From NCBI GenBank assembly GCA_963829655.1, contig CAWHJG010000002.1:5536594-5600593 (forward strand): 64,000 nt of DNA. Reading direction: 5' to 3'. The translations under genes and the position numbers were made by a program. This document shows, piece by piece, positions 60,346 to 64,000 of the stretch. Within the stretch, counting starts at the first letter, position 1; each line of letters starts with the position of its first letter. The notes under the pieces are model-generated. The model did no database searches. It saw only the letters and a list, made by a program, of their open reading frames with translations, and was not told where the DNA came from. Source of the DNA: Pirellulales bacterium. GTDB lineage: Bacteria; Planctomycetota; Planctomycetia; Pirellulales; JALHPA01.

Positions 60346-61638
60346 TCAAACCTCCCAGCCTTTGCGATATTCTTCGCGGAGGAATTTCGCCACGTTCGCG
60401 GTGCCGTGCGCGGTGAGCGTTTTATGCTCCCATGCAAAACCGCCCCCGGCTCGATACGCCGCGTTCCCCAACAGCGCCGTCTCGGCCATCGGTCCGCCGT
60501 AGTCGAAGTTGCAGCTCGCCGGCGAGCCGCCTTTGCAGGCGTTGAACCACTCCTGATAGAAGCCGGGGGACTTATACAACGCAGACTCTCCGGGCTGATA
60601 GTCGCGGAACTTCTCCTCCGGCAGCAATCGCGGCTGACCGAATCCAGCCAACAACATCCCGTCGCTGCCGATGAACAGGTTATTGGCGCCCTTTGCGTCG
60701 AGCTTGAGCTGGCTCAAGATTGGCGGCGTGCCGTGATACCAGTGCAGCGTGACCGGTCCGCGATTTCCCTCAGGCGGAAACTCAAACCGCGTCGTCATCG
60801 ATGTCGGCGTCGTCTGCGGATGCGGCTCGGGCCCGGAAGCATCAACGCGCGTCGGGTACTTCAGGTTCAGCGCCCAAAACGGGATGTCGAGGATGTGGCA
60901 GCTCCAGTTGCCGGTCTCGCCGGTCCCAAAGTCCCACCAGAAACGCCAACCATACGGACAATACGTTTCGTGGTAGGCTCGTTCTTTCGCTGGGCCCAAC
61001 CAAAGATCCCAATTCAGATGCGCCGGCACCGGCTGCGACTCCGTCGGGGCCTTCGGCATGCCGCGGTTGCCGCTGATCCACGCATGACACTCCTTCACCT
61101 GTCCGATCGCTCCGGCTTGAATCAACTCCACCGCCTTGCGCAAACCCGGCAGCGTGTGCCGCTGCACTCCAAGCTGCGTGGCCAGCTTCTTCTCGCGCGC
61201 CATGTCGGTGAGCTTGCGGACCTCCCACACGTTGTGCGCCAGCGGCTTCTCTAGGTACACGTGCTTGCCGCGCTCGAACGCCCAATACGTCGGATGGAAG
61301 TGCGTGTGATCGGGCGTGCTGATGACGACGGCGTCGATTTCCTTCTCCACCGCATCAAACATCTTGCGGAAGTCCTGAAAGCGCTTGGCCCGCGAGTATT
61401 GTTCGAACCCTTTTCCGCCGCGACTCTCGTCCACATCGCACAGCGCGACGATGTTCTGGCTCGACACCCCCTTCAGGTTGTCACCGCCTCGCCCGCCAAT
61501 TCCAACGAGCGCGAGATTCAACTTCTCGTTGGGGGATTCCGCCCCCCGCGCGCGAGCGCCGCTCGTGCCGATCCAGTATCCACCGCCGAGAGCCGCCGTG
61601 GATTTTAAGAAGTCGCGTCGCAGCAAGTGGTTGAACAT
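60346..61638 (-). CDS. Gfo/Idh/MocA-family oxidoreductase with Tat signal
   Basis: MFNHLLRRDFLKSTAALGGGYWIG. Rossmann region LNLALVGIGGRGG. VVISTPDHTHF. EKPL motif YLEKPLAHN. Confidence 0.85.
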   Translation of the reverse strand: MFNHLLRRDFLKSTAALGGGYWIGTSGARARGAESPNEKLNLALVGIGGRGGDNLKGVSSQNIVALCDVDESRGGKGFEQYSRAKRFQDFRKMFDAVEKEIDAVVISTPDHTHFHPTYWAFERGKHVYLEKPLAHNVWEVRKLTDMAREKKLATQLGVQRHTLPGLRKAVELIQAGAIGQVKECHAWISGNRGMPKAPTESQPVPAHLNWDLWLGPAKERAYHETYCPYGWRFWWDFGTGETGNWSCHILDIPFWALNLKYPTRVDASGPEPHPQTTPTSMTTRFEFPPEGNRGPVTLHWYHGTPPILSQLKLDAKGANNLFIGSDGMLLAGFGQPRLLPEEKFRDYQPGESALYKSPGFYQEWFNACKGGSPASCNFDYGGPMAETALLGNAAYRAGGGFAWEHKTLTAHGTANVAKFLREEYRKGWEV

Positions 61639-61736
61639 GTGGATTGTCTCCCGCAAGGAATCGGCTTCAACAAAGGCCGCGGCGGCTGTGCTATTATGGC
61701 CAGCGGCAATCCCGCCGTCACCTGGGCACACAAAAC

Positions 61737-63181
61737 ATGCCTCTACCGCGAACGATCGTAACGTCTTTCACCGCGCTAATGCTCATTCTCGCTCTCCATG
61801 CCGGCGCGGAAGCGGCGGAAACCGCATCACCGTCGAAGCCCAACATCCTCGTGATCATTGCCGATGACATGGCCGCCGAAGATTGTGGCGCTTACGGCCA
61901 TCCTAAAATCCGCACTCCGAACATCGATTCTCTGGCTCGCGAGGGCATGAAGTTCACACGCGCGTTCCTGACGTGCAGCTCATGCAGCCCCAGCCGCTCC
62001 AGCATCCTGACAAGCCGCTACCCGCACAACACTAGCGCCGAGCAGCTTCACTGGCCGCTGCCGTCGGACCAGGTCATGGTTTCGAGCGTACTTCGCGACG
62101 CGGGTTATTGGACCGCCGCCGTCGGCAAATGGCACCTCGGTGATCCTGCGAAGCGACAGTTCGATAAGATTGTCCCGCGCTTCGACGAAACTGTACCGAC
62201 GCTTCGCAACCGACCCCGCGATCGCCCGTTCTTCCTCTGGGCGGCTTCCTCCGATCCGCATCGCCCGTATCAACCGGGCGCGATCGCGAAGCCACACGTC
62301 ACCGCCGACGCCGTAGTGCCTCCGTATCTGCCCGCTGTCCAAGAAGTGCGCGACGATCTCGCCCTCTATTACGACGAGATCACACGATTGGATGCCGCGA
62401 TCGGCGAAGTGTTCGACGAGCTTAAGCGACAAAACGCACTCGACAACACGCTCGTTGTCTTCATGTCCGACAACGGCCGTCCGTTTCCGCGCTGCAAAAC
62501 AACCGTGTACGACAGCGGCATCAGGACACCGTTGATCGCGCTATCCCCCGCTGGTCAAAGCCGGCAGCGTTTGTGACAGGCTCGTCAGCTCGATTGATCT
62601 TTCGTCCACGCTTGTCGAATTCGCCGGCGCCAATCAACCCGAGTCATTCCAGGGCCGCAGCATCTTGTCGCTGTTAAGAGACGCCGGCGCGCCGCCCACC
62701 CGCGACCACGCCTTTGCCGAACACAACTGGCACGACTTCGACGATCATTCCCGCGCCGTCCGCGGCCAGAAGTTCAAATACATACGCAACTGGTACACTG
62801 ACGTCCCCGGCACCCCGCCTGCCGACGCCGTCCGCAGCCCGACGTTTCAGACCATGCTCCGCCTCCGTGAAGCAGGCAAATTGAACGAAGCACAATTGAA
62901 CCCCTTTCGCACGCCGCGTCCCGCCGAAGAGCTTTACGATGTAGACGCCGACCCGCACGAGCTCGTCAATCTCGCCGGAGAGCCTCGCTACGCCGAAGAC
63001 CTTCAGCAATTGCGCAGCGCTCGACGATTGGATGACCGAAACCGCCGATGGCGTGCCCGCCGAGCGAACGCCCGACGAATTCGATCGCCAGACGGGTGAA
63101 CGCCGAACCGAGCGTGTCCCGGACGGTGCGCGGACGCAGCGGCCGAGCCGGGCCTCAAAGCGACCAAAATCGCGCGACTAG
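61737..63181 (+). pseudogene. sulfatase (formylglycine-dependent arylsulfatase family); two frame breaks
   Basis: Signal peptide. NILVIIADDM. FGly motif SCSPSRSSILTSRYPH. GKWHLG. MSDNG. The later part (...LVKAGSVCDRLVSSIDL...; ...ALDDWMTETADG...) is in other frames. Switches at ~62545 and ~63025. Confidence 0.8.
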
Positions 63182-64000
63182 TTGTGCGTCCCGCTCTTCA
63201 AGATCTCAAGCGGGGTAAGCTCCACGCTGCGCACGCGGCCCCACGTCTCGACTTCCAGATCAATCCGGCCGTCCGCGTCGGCCAGCAGCTTCGCAAAATC
63301 ATCGCTCGACTGAAATGATTTCCCAGCCACGCGATACACCCGATCCCCCACGCGAAGCCCCGCCTCGTGTGCTGGCGATCCCGGTGTCACCCGCGCAAGC
63401 TGAACAACGCCCGGCTCCGCTTCGTCAACGCGCCAAGCGATTCCCACACGCACCGGACGACCGGAGAGCGGTATCGAAATCCGCAGCGGCTCCGCGACGC
63501 CGGTCCGCTCAACGACCGCTGCGACCGGACTTTCCGCCGCAAGCACCATGGGCGAAAACCGGCTACTGCCCTCAACCTTTTGGCCGGCCAATTCGACGAT
63601 GCGGTCGCCCGGTCGCAAACCCGCAGCCGCCGCCGCGCCGCCGCGCGTCACTTCGATCAGCCGCACCCCGCCGCGGCCGTCGTCGTCGCTGGACCACCGA
63701 ACGCCAAACCGGCCGGGTAGCGCCGCAAGTCCCGCCTCGTGCCCCTCGCGCATGCTCTTGAGCTCTTGCTGCGAGCGTGCGCGAAATCTCTGCCTCTGGT
63801 CCGAGTCCGCCATTTCAAGAACCGCGTTCAGCAAAAGTTGCGTAATGCGCTGAATCCCCTCGACGTTCAGCTTCGGCGCATCGTCGCTCGGCCGGTGATA
63901 ATCCTCATGTAGGCCTGTGTGAAACATCATCACGGGCAAATTGGCTTGGTAAAACGCCCAATGGTCGCTGTTGTCGCTCATCTCCCAGGTGAAGTCGAGC
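63178..64000 (-). CDS. M28-family peptidase C-terminal part with two PDZ domains (5' end beyond window)
   Basis: SDHWAFYQANLPVMMFHTGLHEDYHRPSDD is the M28 C-terminal motif. Two PDZ-like blocks (GLRPGDRIVELAG; GLRVGDRVYRVAG). The frame is open to nt 64000. Confidence 0.7.
   Translation of the reverse strand, partial: LDFTWEMSDNSDHWAFYQANLPVMMFHTGLHEDYHRPSDDAPKLNVEGIQRITQLLLNAVLEMADSDQRQRFRARSQQELKSMREGHEAGLAALPGRFGVRWSSDDDGRGGVRLIEVTRGGAAAAAGLRPGDRIVELAGQKVEGSSRFSPMVLAAESPVAAVVERTGVAEPLRISIPLSGRPVRVGIAWRVDEAEPGVVQLARVTPGSPAHEAGLRVGDRVYRVAGKSFQSSDDFAKLLADADGRIDLEVETWGRVRSVELTPLEILKSGTHN

Noticed and set aside
60130-61254. 374-aa plus-strand ORF.
   Set aside because: It is antisense to the intact Gfo/Idh/MocA oxidoreductase. 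It is Arg/Leu/Pro-rich shadow sequence.

Overview
GC-rich bacterial chromosomal segment. The gene content suggests a Planctomycetota (Pirellulales-like) genome: two DUF1080-type proteins, a Tat-signal Gfo/Idh/MocA oxidoreductase, a sulfatase, a ThuA domain, a PEP-CTERM protein and an LQF.LRTLL-type N-terminus. This assignment is inference only. No rRNA, tRNA or CRISPR array was found.

Layout:
- 1-6.8 kb: housekeeping and envelope genes (HEXXH metalloprotease, APH-like phosphotransferase, DsbD-family reductase, purM).
- 6.85-23.6 kb: a ~16.75-kb integrative phage-like element inserted between purM and a GNAT gene. It is bounded by a 10-bp direct repeat. It carries two tyrosine recombinases, an AlpA-type excisionase coupled to a DnaB-N/RecA-type helicase, iteron-like repeats, an XRE switch, a cargo region, and head-protease/scaffold-like and tape-measure-like genes. 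I could not recognise a terminase large subunit, portal or capsid gene.
- 23.6-64 kb: metabolic and envelope genes. These are glgX, a sugar-phosphate isomerase, an FHA-GAF-PP2C phosphatase, an S1 protease, lutABC, hrpB, prolyl oligopeptidase, an astacin-like plus papain-like/alpha-beta-hydrolase protease pair, an M19 dipeptidase/D-TA/MFS/RidA cluster, beta carbonic anhydrase, an oxidoreductase, a sulfatase and an M28-PDZ peptidase.
- 35.4-37.3 kb: a lower-GC islet, followed by an orphan promoter/terminator pair that may be a small RNA.

A striking property is the number of conserved genes whose reading frame hops. I count roughly 50-60 apparent 1-nt indels, mostly right of 25 kb. This means either an error-rich assembly or extensive pseudogenisation. 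Frameshift positions given here are approximate (+/- ~20 nt) because they come from reading translations by eye. Family names come from motif recognition, not database searches.
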